Assembly (NCBI GenBank): GCA_948466345.1
Contig: CAOKAC010000004.1
Span: 135,178-199,177, forward strand
DNA length: 64,000 bases
Direction: 5' to 3'
DNA from: an uncultured Clostridia bacterium
Lineage (GTDB): Bacteria > Bacillota > Clostridia > Oscillospirales > CAG-272
The notes beneath the pieces are model-generated. The model had not been told where the DNA came from, did not search any database, and saw nothing but the letters and a program-made list of their open reading frames with translations. The position numbers and the translations under genes are program-made. This document shows, one piece after another, positions 36,897 to 46,791 of the stretch (position 1 is its first letter; each line of letters opens with the position of its first letter).

Positions 36897-37961
36897 TTAT
36901 TCTTCTATAGAAATTTGATTTGGAGAAGTATCGCTGTCCGGCCGGTACGGAATCCCCAAATGCTCGTATGCCAGCTTTGTTACGCAGCGTCCCCGGGGCG
37001 TTCTGGAAATAAAGCCAATCTGCATCAGATAAGGTTCGTACACATCTTCAATGGTGATCGCTTCCTCTCCGATGGTGGCGGATAAGGTTTCCAGGCCGAC
37101 CGGCCCGCCGTTATAAAAGTGGATAATGGTTTCCAACATTCTCCGGTCCGTGTTATCCAAACCTAGTTCGTCAATTTCCAACATCCGCAGCGCTGCAGAT
37201 GCGCTTTCCAGCGTGATATGTCCGTCGCCTTTGACCTGAGCATAATCCCGTACCCGTTTAAGCAGCCGGTTGGCAATACGAGGGGTGCCTCTGGAACGGG
37301 ATGCAATCTCCAACGCACCATCTTCGGTAATAGGAATTTCTAAAATACCTGCGCTGCGGGTTACGATTTGTGCAAGCTCCCGTGGAGAATAAAGCTCCAG
37401 TCGCAACAGCACGCCGAACCGGTCACGCAGAGGAGTAGTCAGCTGACCTGCCCGTGTAGTCGCACCAATCAGGGTGAAGCGTTGGAGCGGCAGCCGGATA
37501 CTTCTGGCGGCTGGTCCTTTGCCGATGATGATATCCAAAGCAAAGTCTTCCATAGCGGGATAAAGAATCTCTTCCACATTTCGATTCAGTCGGTGGATTT
37601 CATCAATGAACAACACATCTCCCTGCCCTAGGTTGGTGAGCAGGGCGGCAAGGTCTCCTTGTTTTTCAATTGCGGGACCGCTGGTGACTCGAAAGTTTAC
37701 GCCAAGCTCTGCCGCAATAATCGCGGAGAGGGTAGTTTTGCCCAGCCCTGGCGGACCGTACAACAGAACGTGGTCTAAGGTATCTCCCCGCATTTTGACT
37801 GCATCAATATAAATCTTCAGAATTTCTTTTGCCTTTTCCTGTCCGATATATTCATCTAGGGTTCGGGGACGCAGACTGAACTCGGTTTCCGAATCTTCCG
37901 CGGTATAAGTGGTTTCCAGAATCCGGTCTTCATAATTCATTTCATTTTCGTAATCGTTCAT
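36897..37961 (-). CDS. ruvB: Holliday junction branch-migration helicase RuvB
   Basis: 354 aa. Walker A is GPPGLGKTT, Walker B is [10 protein letters not shown], and RTPRGR lies near the C-terminus. Confidence 0.96.
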   Translation of the reverse strand: MNDYENEMNYEDRILETTYTAEDSETEFSLRPRTLDEYIGQEKAKEILKIYIDAVKMRGDTLDHVLLYGPPGLGKTTLSAIIAAELGVNFRVTSGPAIEKQGDLAALLTNLGQGDVLFIDEIHRLNRNVEEILYPAMEDFALDIIIGKGPAARSIRLPLQRFTLIGATTRAGQLTTPLRDRFGVLLRLELYSPRELAQIVTRSAGILEIPITEDGALEIASRSRGTPRIANRLLKRVRDYAQVKGDGHITLESASAALRMLEIDELGLDNTDRRMLETIIHFYNGGPVGLETLSATIGEEAITIEDVYEPYLMQIGFISRTPRGRCVTKLAYEHLGIPYRPDSDTSPNQISIEE

Positions 37962-37971
37962 GTGCGCCTCG

Positions 37972-38589
37972 TTACTTCATTAGCTTGGCTAGGGCCATGC
38001 GGATTATTTCTTCCGTATCTTTAGCAGGTTCAATCCCTTGCAGCGCTGTAGTAATTTCGTTCCGGGAATATCCCAGCACCAGCAGCGCGTCTCGGGCATC
38101 GGACAAATGCCCTTTGCCGGCTGTGGCAGGTACGGATGGAGCGACAGGGGTATCTACAAAGAGTTTTTTTGCAAACTTGTCTTTAAGCTCCAACACGATA
38201 CGTGCGGCTGTTTTGCCGCCTACTCCCTGCGCTTTGGACAGTGCCTTTGCATCCTCCGCTTGGATTGCTGCCGACAGAGTGGCGGGGGTCATAATAGACA
38301 AAATGGCGACTGCCGCTTTGGGACCAACGCCGGATACGCTGATCAGCATGCGAAAGGTATCCATCTCTTCGGTGGTATAGAAACCATACAATTCTACAGC
38401 ATCTTCACGAACAGCCATGTAGGTATACAAACGTGTTTTTTCTTTTGCAGCGACAGCGGCAGGCTGACTGAGCTTGGTCAGCGTATTGCCGGTGATAGCA
38501 ACCTTGTATCCTACGCCGCAGCAATCGATAACTGCTGTCATCGCCAATGCATCTAGTTCTATCAATTCTCCGGTAAGACAGTAAATCAT
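37972..38589 (-). CDS. ruvA: Holliday junction DNA-binding protein RuvA
   Basis: 205 aa. MIYCLTGEL...GVGYKV is the OB domain. The HhH repeats are [10 protein letters not shown] and [10 protein letters not shown]. Confidence 0.93.
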   Translation of the reverse strand: MIYCLTGELIELDALAMTAVIDCCGVGYKVAITGNTLTKLSQPAAVAAKEKTRLYTYMAVREDAVELYGFYTTEEMDTFRMLISVSGVGPKAAVAILSIMTPATLSAAIQAEDAKALSKAQGVGGKTAARIVLELKDKFAKKLFVDTPVAPSVPATAGKGHLSDARDALLVLGYSRNEITTALQGIEPAKDTEEIIRMALAKLMK

Positions 38590-41486
38590 GGCTGATCCTC
38601 CTCATGACCTGGCAGCGGGGGCATAGCTTCTTCCATTTCCAATTGAATTTGGTAGAATACTTCCTCCTGTGGGGCTTCTCCGGGACAGGCTTCGTCATTT
38701 GGATTATGGGCAACATATATGGGACATCCTGCGGCAAGCTTTCTTTTTCTATACTGCTCGCTTAGGATCCAGGCAGCGGCAAAGGCGCACAGCCCTGCTG
38801 CAGAGCCGATGAGTCCTACAGTAAGACAGGAAGGCCAGTACTTCAACTCCAGCGTATATTCGCCTGGCTCTAAATAGAAGCCAATAACACCGTCCAACAG
38901 CTTTACAGGTGTAATTTTTTCTCCATTTGCATAGATGTTCCAGCCTGTATCGTATGGGATAGAGGTAAACACTAAATTTTTGTTTTCTGTTACAGTAATA
39001 GTGCCGGTAAAAGAATCTTCTCGATATGCTTCGATCTGGTATCGATTTTCGGCCAGCAACGGCATTACTTTCTTTAAAACGTTACTATCTAAATAATAGA
39101 AGTAATTCTCGCCTTCCTTAATATACAGTTCATCATTCAAAAGGGTTAAAGACACCGTTACCTTGTCGCCCGGTTCAAAGGCGCCAAGCTCTACAATACG
39201 AAAGGTCTCATTTCCGAAGAACGTCCCTTTTTTTACACCGTTGACATAGAGGTCCGCCTCTCTGGCATAATTGCTGGGGAAATAGCAGTACAGGGTATCA
39301 GACGAGGTAATGTTCACAGTATATGTGACGGCGCACTCGCCGGATTTCCCATTTTTTGTGTATTTGGTATGCCCGGACACAGTAGATGCAGAAAGAGTGG
39401 GCGAGACTTCTACCGTAAGACCTTGCGCTTTAAATATAGAATCGTCTGCATTGTCTCCAAGCATACTATTCACAATTGCATTCAGCCGCTGGAAGGGAGA
39501 GGCATAAAGCTCGTCATTTATATCTAAAGTCTCCAAGCTTTTGTTTACGGCAAAGGCTAAGGAGAGTGCGTAAGGATTTCTATAGACGGTAAGATCATCG
39601 GTTTCTGTATCTTTGTTTTGACTGGTATATACCGCTTCATAAAATGTTGGTACAGAATCATCTCCTGCTTCTGCGATTAGATATTTGATACCAAGCAGGG
39701 AATCTACCACAGGTGTAGAGCCTAGGTATTTGCTCCAGTGGGATTTGGAGGAAAGCCCAAGATTATTTAAAAGCTTGATGGTTTCCTGGTTCAGAGTAGA
39801 GGTTGAATTGGATAGTCCGTACATATGCAATGCATAAGGGTCATTGGTTTTTCTGTGGAGCGTTTTCTCCATTCGATAAAAACTTTTATCCTGCTTTTGT
39901 ATCTCCTCCGTCACAGGCCGGAACCGATCGATAAAAGACCGATAGGACGTTCTGCTTGAGTAGACTACGTCCTTGTCCAAATCAATTAAATTGGCGATTC
40001 CCGCACCGAAAAGTTCCACGCCTACCAAAATTGCCAGAACCAGCGCAGCCGTGCTACGCAAGTAAGTTCGGGGGTGCGTGGCGGCACGCAGTACAAGCAT
40101 ATACACACCGATAATAAGCAGGGACAGCCAAATGGTAGCCAAGTCATCTACATGCTTGTATTCCAACTTTTGCAGGATCATTAAAATCAGCGCTAGAGAG
40201 CTGCACACGACTAACACTTTGCGATATCCGATTTCCCGAATGCGTTCAAAGGCTTTATAGGCTAGCAATACCATGATAAAGCACAGCATAAAACTGTAAC
40301 GGTAGTTGAGCCAGTTGGGCCGCTGCATGCCGTGCCAAAACAGGTCCAGCGTGGTAATATTGAAGGATAACAGGAAAAAGGCGATCAGTAAGCTTGAGGC
40401 AACCTTTTCTCTGGTTTTGATGTGCGGGGCAAAAAAGTACAGCGGCAGAAGGATCAGCGTCAAAGTGCCACAGTAAACGAAGGGGAGCCCTTCGGGACGA
40501 ACTGTGTCGTAAGAACCGATAAACAGTTTGGACGCCAGATCCATCCAGTCGAATTTTTGGTCGAACGCGAAGTTAGGATTGGAAAATTCTGTTTTTCCAA
40601 AGCCTAGGGAATAGTAGGTACATAGGAGCAAGGCTGCGCATATCGCTGCTGCAATAAAAGAAAACAGGGCAAATCTTCCTGCGCTTTTCGCGAAATGATG
40701 CCGCATTCCAAGAGGATTGCGCTCTCCTGGTTCTCTGGAAAAGTAAGCATAAAAGAAATATGCGGCGGAAAAGATGCACATCATATAGCCGATATAGAAA
40801 TTGCTGAAGATTGCTAGTGCCAGGCTGATTACATACAGTTTAAACTTGCCGTATTTGATCAGGTTTTCGATACCCAGCATGACTAGGGGCAGCAGGATCA
40901 TATTATCGATCCACATGGTGTTATGCTGCATTACCACGGCGTATGCGCATAGAGCATACATACAGGAGAACATTACCGTTGCGGTTTTGCTTCTCTTTCG
41001 TGTGGCTTCAATATAGATACCGAACGTAAGACCGCAGCTGCCTACCTTCAAAAGAAACATGAGAAGCAGGGCTTCTGTGATTATGGACTTTGGAAACAGA
41101 AGCACAAGAAAAGAAAAGGGACTGGAGAGATAGTAGGCGAAGATTCCAAAAAATTCACCGCCCAGAGCACGGCTGAAAGAATAAATTGGGCTGCTTTCTC
41201 CCAGCAGAATGTCGCGCAGACCCTCAAAGAAGTATACATATTGTCCATTGAGATCCAGCACAAGAACAGATTCTTCTCCAAAGGGGAAGGTCTGCAGGCA
41301 GATATAAATCAGCCACATGATTAGCGCGGGAATCAAAAAGCAAAGGCCCAGATAGCGCCACTGGCCAACTACGGATTTCCAAAAAGACTGTCGTCCAAGG
41401 CGGGGGGCCAAGAGCACTGGCGGCTTGTCCGCTGTTTTGAAATCAGGCGTTTCTGATAGGATAATATCCTTTGGCATGTCGTTCAT
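38586..41486 (-). CDS. YfhO-family polytopic membrane protein (putative glycosyltransferase)
   Basis: I prefer ATG 41486 (MNDMPKDIIL), just after the DUF951 stop. The protein is about 966 aa. The N-terminal two-thirds has at least 12 hydrophobic segments, followed by a large extracytoplasmic domain and a final TM. It overlaps ruvA by 4 nt. Confidence 0.72.
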   Translation of the reverse strand: MNDMPKDIILSETPDFKTADKPPVLLAPRLGRQSFWKSVVGQWRYLGLCFLIPALIMWLIYICLQTFPFGEESVLVLDLNGQYVYFFEGLRDILLGESSPIYSFSRALGGEFFGIFAYYLSSPFSFLVLLFPKSIITEALLLMFLLKVGSCGLTFGIYIEATRKRSKTATVMFSCMYALCAYAVVMQHNTMWIDNMILLPLVMLGIENLIKYGKFKLYVISLALAIFSNFYIGYMMCIFSAAYFFYAYFSREPGERNPLGMRHHFAKSAGRFALFSFIAAAICAALLLCTYYSLGFGKTEFSNPNFAFDQKFDWMDLASKLFIGSYDTVRPEGLPFVYCGTLTLILLPLYFFAPHIKTREKVASSLLIAFFLLSFNITTLDLFWHGMQRPNWLNYRYSFMLCFIMVLLAYKAFERIREIGYRKVLVVCSSLALILMILQKLEYKHVDDLATIWLSLLIIGVYMLVLRAATHPRTYLRSTAALVLAILVGVELFGAGIANLIDLDKDVVYSSRTSYRSFIDRFRPVTEEIQKQDKSFYRMEKTLHRKTNDPYALHMYGLSNSTSTLNQETIKLLNNLGLSSKSHWSKYLGSTPVVDSLLGIKYLIAEAGDDSVPTFYEAVYTSQNKDTETDDLTVYRNPYALSLAFAVNKSLETLDINDELYASPFQRLNAIVNSMLGDNADDSIFKAQGLTVEVSPTLSASTVSGHTKYTKNGKSGECAVTYTVNITSSDTLYCYFPSNYAREADLYVNGVKKGTFFGNETFRIVELGAFEPGDKVTVSLTLLNDELYIKEGENYFYYLDSNVLKKVMPLLAENRYQIEAYREDSFTGTITVTENKNLVFTSIPYDTGWNIYANGEKITPVKLLDGVIGFYLEPGEYTLELKYWPSCLTVGLIGSAAGLCAFAAAWILSEQYRKRKLAAGCPIYVAHNPNDEACPGEAPQEEVFYQIQLEMEEAMPPLPGHEEDQP

Positions 41487-41493
41487 ATTTACG

Positions 41494-41721
41494 TTATCCT
41501 TTCCTGGCGAAATCTGTCTGTGTGTCTGCGTCTGCATGGTAAATCTTTTTTACGGCTTTTTCCAGCTTGATTCGGGGAAGGGTCATATCCCGTCCGCAGC
41601 CTTTACAGACAATACGTATATCGCTGCCAATACGCAATACGGTAAAACATTTTTCTCCGCATGGATGGGGCTTTTTTAATTCCAGCACATCGCCTATTCG
41701 AATTTTTAATATTTCTGGCAT
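41494..41721 (-). CDS. DUF951-family small protein
   Basis: 75 aa. GDVLELKKPHPCGEKCFTVLRIGSDIRIVCKGCGRDMTLPR is a CxxxxC...CxxC zinc-ribbon-like pattern typical of DUF951. Confidence 0.75.
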   Translation of the reverse strand: MPEILKIRIGDVLELKKPHPCGEKCFTVLRIGSDIRIVCKGCGRDMTLPRIKLEKAVKKIYHADADTQTDFARKG

Positions 41722-41908
41722 GATTTGCCCCCTATCCTGCTTATATTAATAACACATATAAAACAAAACAATACCTAAATAGTATAACACAACCCCTTTT
41801 CGATGTAAAGGAAAAAAAGGAAATTTTGCGCAGGAGAGGTTGGCATTGAGGCAGCGCTTCGGCAAATGTAATAAATTTGTAAAATCCCATTTTTTTGCGC
41901 TGCTTCCT

Positions 41909-41937
41909 TTGACTGGAAGGAGAAAGTATGGTATAAT
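41909..41937 (+). promoter_or_regulatory. Promoter of ruvC
   Basis: TTGACT (41909-41914), a 17-nt spacer ending in TGg, then TATAAT (41932-41937). Confidence 0.65.
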
Positions 41938-42005
41938 AATAAAATCTTTAGAATACTACAAAATGGCTTTGTAGATTAGAATGCATAGAGAAAGCGGGGT
42001 CAAAA

Positions 42006-42503
42006 ATGATTATACTTGGGATAGACCCTGGAATCGCTATTGTGGGATGGGGCGTACTGCGCTATGATGGAAGAAGCTTTGCTCCTCTGGCGTACGGCTC
42101 TATTCAAACGAAAGCCGGTGAGAAGACAGAAGAGCGACTGCTGCAGATCCATGAGGCGTTGGGACAGATTCTGGACAAATACCATCCGGACGCCATGTGT
42201 GTGGAGGAGCTGTTTTGGAATACCAACCAGAAGACAGGCATTATTGTGTCCGAAGCCAGAGGTGTGATTTTAATGACGGCACATCAGCGGGGGGTACCTA
42301 TTTCAGAGTACACACCCTTGCAGGTAAAGCAGTCTGTAGTAGGCTACGGACGAGCGGATAAAAAGCAGGTAATCACTATGGTGACATCTTTTCTGGGTCT
42401 ACAGCAGCCGCCTAAACCGGATGATACAGCGGATGCGCTGGCGATTGCTATCTGTCACGGGCACAGCGCCTTTTCACGAATCGGGCAGTTTTATAATAAT
42501 TAA
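42006..42503 (+). CDS. ruvC: Crossover junction endodeoxyribonuclease RuvC
   Basis: 165 aa. MIILGIDPGIAIVGWGVL holds the catalytic Asp7. The VEELF and DTADALAIAICH motifs are present. Confidence 0.93.
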   Translation: MIILGIDPGIAIVGWGVLRYDGRSFAPLAYGSIQTKAGEKTEERLLQIHEALGQILDKYHPDAMCVEELFWNTNQKTGIIVSEARGVILMTAHQRGVPISEYTPLQVKQSVVGYGRADKKQVITMVTSFLGLQQPPKPDDTADALAIAICHGHSAFSRIGQFYNN

Positions 42504-42527
42504 CATAGAAATTTGGTGGGATATACA

Positions 42528-43424
42528 ATGTGGGCAAATGATACATGGAAGGATTATGCGCTACTGGATGCTTCGTCCGGTGAACGGCTGGAACGGTGGG
42601 GGAAGTATATTCTTATCCGTCCCGACCCTCAGGTGATTTGGCATACCGAACGAAACAATCCCCTTTGGAGGGCGGCGGACGCCGTATATAAAAGAAGCAG
42701 ATCCGGAGGCGGTTCCTGGGCGGTATGCAATATTCCCGAAAGCTGGAATATTTCCTATGGTGCGCTGACCTTTCAGCTCCGTCCAATGGGGTTTAAGCAT
42801 ACTGGGCTGTTCCCGGAGCAGGCGGTGAATTGGGATTGGTTTTCTGATATCATCAAGGATGCCGTGGCGCAGGGGCGCAGTCCATCGGTGCTGAACTTGT
42901 TTGCGTATACCGGCGGCGCTACGGCAGTATCTGCCGCGGCGGGCGCTTCCGTATGTCACGTGGATGCGGCAAAGGGGATGGTGCAGGCAGCAAAAGAGAA
43001 TCTGCGGCTGTCTGGGCTTGGAGATGCGCCGGTGCGATATATTGTAGACGATTGTAAAAAGTTTGTAGAGCGAGAGATTCGCCGCGGCAGAAAATATGAC
43101 GCGGTGATTATGGATCCCCCTTCCTATGGACGAGGACCGAGCGGAGAGATTTGGAAGCTGGAGGACTGTGCACATGAGCTGATTTCTCTTGCAGCGTCTC
43201 TTATGACAGATTCCCCTCTGTTCTTTCTTGTAAATTCTTATACCACCGGTCTGTCTCCGGCTGCAATGGGATATATGGTAATGCAGGCTATGGGAAATCG
43301 CGGTCATATTGATACAGGTGAACTTGGCTTGCGGGCGGAGGAGACGGGACTTCTTCTTCCGGCAGGGGCCAGCGCTCGGTGGACACCAAAAACAGTACAG
43401 CAAAAGAATCGGAGAAGCAAATGA
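42528..43424 (+). CDS. Class I SAM-dependent (RlmI/RlmK-like) RNA methyltransferase
   Basis: I prefer ATG 42528, with GGTGGG 7 nt upstream. The NLFAYTGGAT and IMDPPSYGRGP motifs are present. Confidence 0.75.
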   Translation: MWANDTWKDYALLDASSGERLERWGKYILIRPDPQVIWHTERNNPLWRAADAVYKRSRSGGGSWAVCNIPESWNISYGALTFQLRPMGFKHTGLFPEQAVNWDWFSDIIKDAVAQGRSPSVLNLFAYTGGATAVSAAAGASVCHVDAAKGMVQAAKENLRLSGLGDAPVRYIVDDCKKFVEREIRRGRKYDAVIMDPPSYGRGPSGEIWKLEDCAHELISLAASLMTDSPLFFLVNSYTTGLSPAAMGYMVMQAMGNRGHIDTGELGLRAEETGLLLPAGASARWTPKTVQQKNRRSK

Positions 43425-44305
43425 GTGTAATAATCAACGCGGAGCATATATCCTATTCTTATCCGGCCGATGAGGCAGAACGGCCGGTAGAGGCTCTGCG
43501 AGACGTGAGTTTTTCTGTTGCGGAAGGAGAATTTGTGGCAATTCTCGGCCACAACGGATGCGGCAAATCCACCTTGGCAAAGATCCTTTGCATGATTCTC
43601 CAACCGGGAGAGGGAACGCTTTCCATCGATGGGAAGGATATGACGGCAGACGATATAACGGAAGAAGATATAAATCAGGGACGCCGTAAGGTAGGTATGG
43701 TGTTTCAGAATCCGGACAACCAGCTTGTAGCGACCATTGTAGAGGAAGATGTAGCCTTTGGACCGGAAAATCTAGGTTATCCGCCAGAAAAAATCCGCCG
43801 CCGTGTCGATTGGGCTCTGGAGACGGTAGGCATGACCAAATATGCCCGACACGCTACCCATCGTCTGTCAGGTGGGCAAAAGCAACGCGTTGCTATTGCG
43901 GGAGCAATTGCCATGCATCGCAAGTGTATTATATTTGACGAAAGCACCGCAATGCTGGATCCTCATGGGAGAAAAGAAGTGATGGATACTATCACCCGAC
44001 TGAACCGAGAAGAGGGAATTACCGTAATTCATATTACCCACTACATGAACGAGGCGACCATGGCGGATCGGGTTTTGGTAATGCAGAAGGGCGGCATTAT
44101 TATGGAAGGAAAGCCGGCAGAGGTTTTCAGCCGGACAGAGGAGCTGTGGGCTGCCGGATTGGATGTGCCTCAGACTACGGAACTGCTATGGCATGTCCGC
44201 CGCGCCGGTTATGACGTAGCGTTGGATATTTTTGATCCGGAGAAATGCGCGGCTGAAATTGCAAGAGCCTTGAAAGGGACGGCACATGGCAGAGATAACA
44301 CTTGA
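43421..44305 (+). CDS. ecfA1: ECF transporter ATPase component A1
   Basis: I prefer ATG 43421 (MSVIINAEHISYSY). Walker A is GHNGCGKST, the signature is LSGGQKQRVAIAGA and Walker B is IIFDESTAMLD. Confidence 0.9.
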   Translation: MSVIINAEHISYSYPADEAERPVEALRDVSFSVAEGEFVAILGHNGCGKSTLAKILCMILQPGEGTLSIDGKDMTADDITEEDINQGRRKVGMVFQNPDNQLVATIVEEDVAFGPENLGYPPEKIRRRVDWALETVGMTKYARHATHRLSGGQKQRVAIAGAIAMHRKCIIFDESTAMLDPHGRKEVMDTITRLNREEGITVIHITHYMNEATMADRVLVMQKGGIIMEGKPAEVFSRTEELWAAGLDVPQTTELLWHVRRAGYDVALDIFDPEKCAAEIARALKGTAHGRDNT

Positions 44306-45146
44306 AAATGTAACCTATATATATGGCAAAGGGGCACCATATGAAATGCGTGCGCTGGACGATGTGAGCCTAACTTTTCGGAGTGGGGAAGTCACCGGCT
44401 TGATTGGGCACACCGGCAGCGGAAAATCTACACTTGTACAGATGCTCAATGGCCTGTTAAGGCCGGATAGCGGCAAAGTGCTGCTGGACGGAAAAGACAT
44501 TTGGGAGGATCCAAAGAAGATTCAGCAAATCCGGTTTCAGGTGGGACTGGTTATGCAGTATCCGGAATATCAGTTGTTTGACGAGACGGTAGAGGCGGAT
44601 ATCAGCTTTGGCCCCAAAAATATGGGCCTAGCTCCGGAAAAGATTAAGGAGGCTGTGGCGCGCGCGGCGCAGTTTGCAGGACTGGCCCCGGAGCTTTTGA
44701 AAAAGTCTCCTTTCGATTTGTCCGGAGGGCAAAAGCGGCGGGCGGCTCTCGCGGGGATCATGGCTATGGAACCGGCAGTGCTTGTGCTGGACGAACCGGC
44801 GGCAGGTCTGGATCCAGGTGGACGCCGGGAAATTCTGGGCCGCATTCGGGAATATCAGCGGGAAAGCGGCGCGAATGTAATTATCGTCTCACATAGTATG
44901 GAAGATATGGCCTTATATTGTGACCGGGTATTGGTTATGGAAAACGGACGGCTTGTAATGAGCGGAACACCCGCGCAGGTTTTCAGTCAGGCCGATGCAT
45001 TGATCGCCGTAGGGCTGGATGTGCCTCAGATTACCCGGGTAGCTCGTGCTCTGCAGGATGTAGGCGTAGATATCGGATTGGATATTTACACAGTGAAGTT
45101 TGCAGCCCAGCGGCTGCTGTCCGGGAGGGAAGCGCATGAAGGCTGA
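44286..45146 (+). CDS. ecfA2: ECF transporter ATPase component A2
   Basis: Walker A is GHTGSGKST, the signature is LSGGQKRRAALAG and Walker B is LVLDEPAAGLD. It follows ecfA1 and precedes ecfT. Confidence 0.9.
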   Translation: MAEITLENVTYIYGKGAPYEMRALDDVSLTFRSGEVTGLIGHTGSGKSTLVQMLNGLLRPDSGKVLLDGKDIWEDPKKIQQIRFQVGLVMQYPEYQLFDETVEADISFGPKNMGLAPEKIKEAVARAAQFAGLAPELLKKSPFDLSGGQKRRAALAGIMAMEPAVLVLDEPAAGLDPGGRREILGRIREYQRESGANVIIVSHSMEDMALYCDRVLVMENGRLVMSGTPAQVFSQADALIAVGLDVPQITRVARALQDVGVDIGLDIYTVKFAAQRLLSGREAHEG

Positions 45147-45963
45147 TATCGCATTCGGTCAGTATTACGAGGGAAATTCTTTTTTGCATAAGCTGGATCC
45201 CCGGTGGAAGATTCTTTTTGTAATTTTTTACATTGTGGTTATTTTTCTTGCAAAAAATGTATTTGCTTTCGCATTGCTGATTTTGTCCGCAGTATTTTTA
45301 ATCCTGATTAGTCAAATCCGACTGCGCACGATTTTGCGGGGATTGCGACCGCTTATCTTTATCATTTCGTTTACAGCGCTCATTAATATTTTTTGGTTAA
45401 AGGGCGAGACGCTTTTGATAGACTGGTGGATATTTCACATCTATCTGGAGGGGCTGATCAACGCACTGCTGATTGTAGTGCGTGTGGTAATCTTGGTAGT
45501 GGGCACCAGTATCCTGCTTACCTATACAACGACACCGATTGCCCTCACGGACGGATTGGAGCGTTTGTTGTCCCCTCTGGCAAAAATTCATTTGCCTGTT
45601 CATGAGTTTTCTATGATGATGACGATTGCTTTGCGTTTTATTCCCACCTTAGTGGAAGAAACGGAAAAAATTATGAATGCCCAAAAAGCCAGAGGTGCAG
45701 ATTTTTCCACAGGGTCTCTGGTGCACCGTGCTAAAGCACTGATTCCTATTTTAATTCCATTGTTTATATCTGCGTTTCGGCGGGCGGAGGAACTTGCTAC
45801 CGCTATGGAATGCCGCTGCTATACAGGTGGAGAAGGGCGGACGCGTATGAATGTACTGCATTCCGGATGGCGGGATTTAGCAGCACTGCTCGCTTTATGC
45901 GCCTTGTGCGCTGGAGTGATTTTACTCAATATTTTTGCGTCGGGATATACCCTGGCCTTGTAA
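45136..45963 (+). CDS. ecfT: ECF transporter transmembrane component T
   Basis: I prefer ATG 45136 (MKADIAFGQYY...LHKLDPR). The conserved ARG motifs are AQKARGADF and AMECRCY. Confidence 0.88.
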   Translation: MKADIAFGQYYEGNSFLHKLDPRWKILFVIFYIVVIFLAKNVFAFALLILSAVFLILISQIRLRTILRGLRPLIFIISFTALINIFWLKGETLLIDWWIFHIYLEGLINALLIVVRVVILVVGTSILLTYTTTPIALTDGLERLLSPLAKIHLPVHEFSMMMTIALRFIPTLVEETEKIMNAQKARGADFSTGSLVHRAKALIPILIPLFISAFRRAEELATAMECRCYTGGEGRTRMNVLHSGWRDLAALLALCALCAGVILLNIFASGYTLAL

Positions 45964-45972
45964 ACAGCGTTT

Positions 45973-46764
45973 ATGAAAATACTTTTGAAAGTACAGTATA
46001 TTGGCACGGCATACTGTGGATTCCAGTGCCAGAAAAACGGATCCAGTATTCAAGAAGTGCTGACCTGTGCGGCAGAACGAGTATTCGGCAGGCCATGCAG
46101 CGTCACCGGCTGCAGCCGTACGGATGCGGGCGTGCATGCGCTTGGATATGTATGCGCCGTGTCTCCTACTAATGGAGAGACGGTGAATTGGTGCAAAATT
46201 CCTGTGCCTAAAATTCACCGGGCATTCGCCCCACATCTGCCGCCGGACATCTCCGTTTGCGCGGCGGCAGATGTGGAGGATGCATTGCACCCGCGGTATG
46301 ATGCGGTGGAAAAAGAATATATTTATCGGATTTGGGACGCTCCCTTTACCAATCCCTTCCTAAAAGACAGAAGTTATCATAGTATTCGGCGGATCACGCC
46401 AGATGGGCTGGCCCGTATGCAGGCCGCAGCTGCGGCTTATGTAGGAAGGCATGACTTTCGTGCCTTTATGACGGGAGATTCGGCAGATAAGGACACGGTG
46501 CGCATAGTTGTGCGTGCTGGAGTCGAGCGGCAGCCAGATGGGATGATTCAATACTCTGTAGCTGCCAACGGATTTTTATATAACATGGTGCGTATTATGA
46601 CAGGAACATTGCTGGAAGTGGCTGCAGGCAGAATTTTGGAAAAAGATATTCCAAAAATTTTATCCTGTGGGGACAGAACCCGTGCAGGATTTACCGCGCC
46701 GCCTGCAGGTTTGTATCTGCGAGAGGTATGGTATCCGTCACAGATTTTATGGCAATGTGAATAA
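45973..46764 (+). CDS. truA: tRNA pseudouridine(38-40) synthase
   Basis: 263 aa. GCSRTDAGVHALG holds the catalytic Asp, and the FLYNMVRIM motif is present. Confidence 0.92.
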   Translation: MKILLKVQYIGTAYCGFQCQKNGSSIQEVLTCAAERVFGRPCSVTGCSRTDAGVHALGYVCAVSPTNGETVNWCKIPVPKIHRAFAPHLPPDISVCAAADVEDALHPRYDAVEKEYIYRIWDAPFTNPFLKDRSYHSIRRITPDGLARMQAAAAAYVGRHDFRAFMTGDSADKDTVRIVVRAGVERQPDGMIQYSVAANGFLYNMVRIMTGTLLEVAAGRILEKDIPKILSCGDRTRAGFTAPPAGLYLREVWYPSQILWQCE

Positions 46765-46791
46765 GTGATTTTTTCAGAAAAGAGGGCGCAT

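Noticed and set aside
42561-43403. A long (280-aa) minus-strand ORF. Similar cases are 54969-55790 (273 aa), 62054-62899 (281 aa), 2930-3529 (199 aa), 32685-33266 (193 aa) and 11896-12480 (194 aa).
   Set aside because: Each is antisense to a well-supported motif-bearing gene (methyltransferase, mrp, nuoF-like, uvrC, folC, SBP). Their sequences are low-complexity or Arg/Cys/His-rich, which is typical of antisense frames.
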